In this document: positions 62,714 through 64,000 of the stretch, piece by piece
Position numbering within the stretch: the first letter of the stretch is position 1
Layout of the letters: the number at the start of each line of letters is the position of its first letter
The notes under the pieces: model-generated
The model's database searches: none
What the model was told of the DNA's origin: nothing
Seen by the model: the letters and a program-made list of their open reading frames with translations, nothing else
Translations under genes and position numbers: made by a program
Source of the DNA: Azolla caroliniana
Taxonomy: Eukaryota > Plantae > Polypodiophyta
Direction: 5' to 3'
Assembly: GCA_043228905.1 (NCBI GenBank)
Contig: JBHGNT010000018.1
Location: 10,850,001 to 10,914,000 of the forward strand
DNA: 64,000 nucleotides

Positions 62714-64000
62714 CCAAATTGTGTTGTCTTTGCTAATTGGGAGATAATATGGTCAAGGGGTCGTGATACGTAGTGGTGTACAAGAAAGCCAGGAATGCAC
62801 AACTAGTTGATTTCAAAACACAGTCGGCCCAAACTGGCCTTGTAAATTATACTTGAAATTAAGATAGCAAATCCAAATAGTACAGATAGATGCTTGAACA
62901 GATCAGGTCCATAGAGATAGATATATTAATAGATTTAGGTTCTATGGTTACACGTCCCATGGTTGGAGTTCTATTCTCATACAGTCAAAAGAATAACAAT
63001 AATCCTATCTAGACTAGTGTATATCTCCCTCTCCCTTTGAGTCTGCTCATTGTTTTATTGGTTCCCTTTTTGCTTGGTGCACTTCAGTCAATACTTTCTT
63101 CTCGGACTTCATTCTTGGTTGCACATATTCCGTTACCTTCCTCATTCTCGGTTGCCCTTTTTCACCTACTTTACCTACTCTTATCTTCATATTCATTTCA
63201 AATTGTATCCCTTTTGTCCCCCAAATAATACCTGGCATAGCCGTGGGATTGTGCCTTCGCATGTCGAACCCCAAAACCGAAATGGAAACATAAAATTGAT
63301 AAGGAGCCGTGACATAATTCTATTGTACACTCAATAAATGTCGAGGATGTCCTTGAAAGGTGGCAACACCATCATCTCCTCAGTCGTGTGCGCTATTGTG
63401 GCTCTTCATGTGGGATTTGTTTGGTGTGTATCCCTGCAAAAACGTGGAGATGTTGTTCGGTAGTGTCCATTGTAGTTGGTGGGGTCGAGGCCTCTTGCTC
63501 TGTGGTCTGGTCCTGCGCTTACTCTGGTGCCATTCCTGTCTTTGCTTCGACCGTCTACCCTTGGGCTGCTTCCTTGAATGCATGCTCGGTTTTGAGCATT
63601 AGCAACAACTGGTTGTCGTTGAATTAATCAAGGAGGTTCCTGATTGTCGTGGTGTGCGTGCTTGGTAGGGCTTGGAATTCGTCGGTGAGGTCTTCTTGGA
63701 GAACGTGAATGCTGGTTTCGTCCATCTTATAAAATCCTTCACCCTCTTTTCTCCGGTTTTTGGCGTCGGCTTGAAAATATTGCAATTCGGCTGCTTAGAC
63801 AAACCATTCTTTCCAACCATGGGCTAGAGTTTCCTTGACCTTTTGATTAAGCTTCGACCGATGTTTGAGGACGAGGGCTCAGATGTGTGTTTCAATCATT
63901 TCATCTTTAGCTTGTAAGGTTTCCAGTTCTTCTTGTGCTTGCTTGGTCTTTATCTATGATTGGATTTTGGCGATTTCATACGACTTGTTGATCGTGCTAG

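Larger units (their letters stand above)
60180..64000. repeat. tRNA-Arg/antisense-ORF tandem repeat, right block (~3 units of 1.2-1.4 kb, running off the window)
   Basis: Head-to-tail recurrence of the unit, with tRNA-like copies at 61406 and 62641. The window ends about 20 bp before the next expected tRNA. Confidence 0.9.

Overview
Repeat-dense land-plant nuclear DNA (a fern or other non-seed plant is plausible, but that is only an inference). There is one host gene, a multi-exon LARP1 (La motif + DM15 repeats, minus strand, ~33.3-43.5 kb); the rest is nested mobile DNA. Main discovery: an ~8.9-kb TIR DNA transposon (18288-27215; 36-bp TIRs starting AACACGTTCG; 4-bp TSD). It carries a Sola-like DDD transposase gene and, divergently, a spliced gene for a ParB/Srx-like domain fused to a prokaryote-type beta-class N6A/N4C DNA methyltransferase (DIPY). 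Intron 1 of that gene holds a 51-bp-phased array of ~33-bp palindromes reminiscent of parS/iteron sites. A second, rearranged copy (4094-18287) shows an inversion bounded by an inverted 4-bp TSD, and the whole 23-kb compound is flanked by one TGAG TSD. Also present: a young tRNA-Trp-primed Gypsy inserted in the centre of one palindrome; LTRs carrying tRNA-like A/B boxes; a tandem array of ~1.2-1.4-kb units, each with a tRNA-Arg(UCU)-like gene and an antisense coding-like frame; several Copia elements, a chromovirus remnant and a hAT-type MITE. All transposon ORFs carry stops or frameshifts. Family assignments are from motif recognition by eye; no searches were run.
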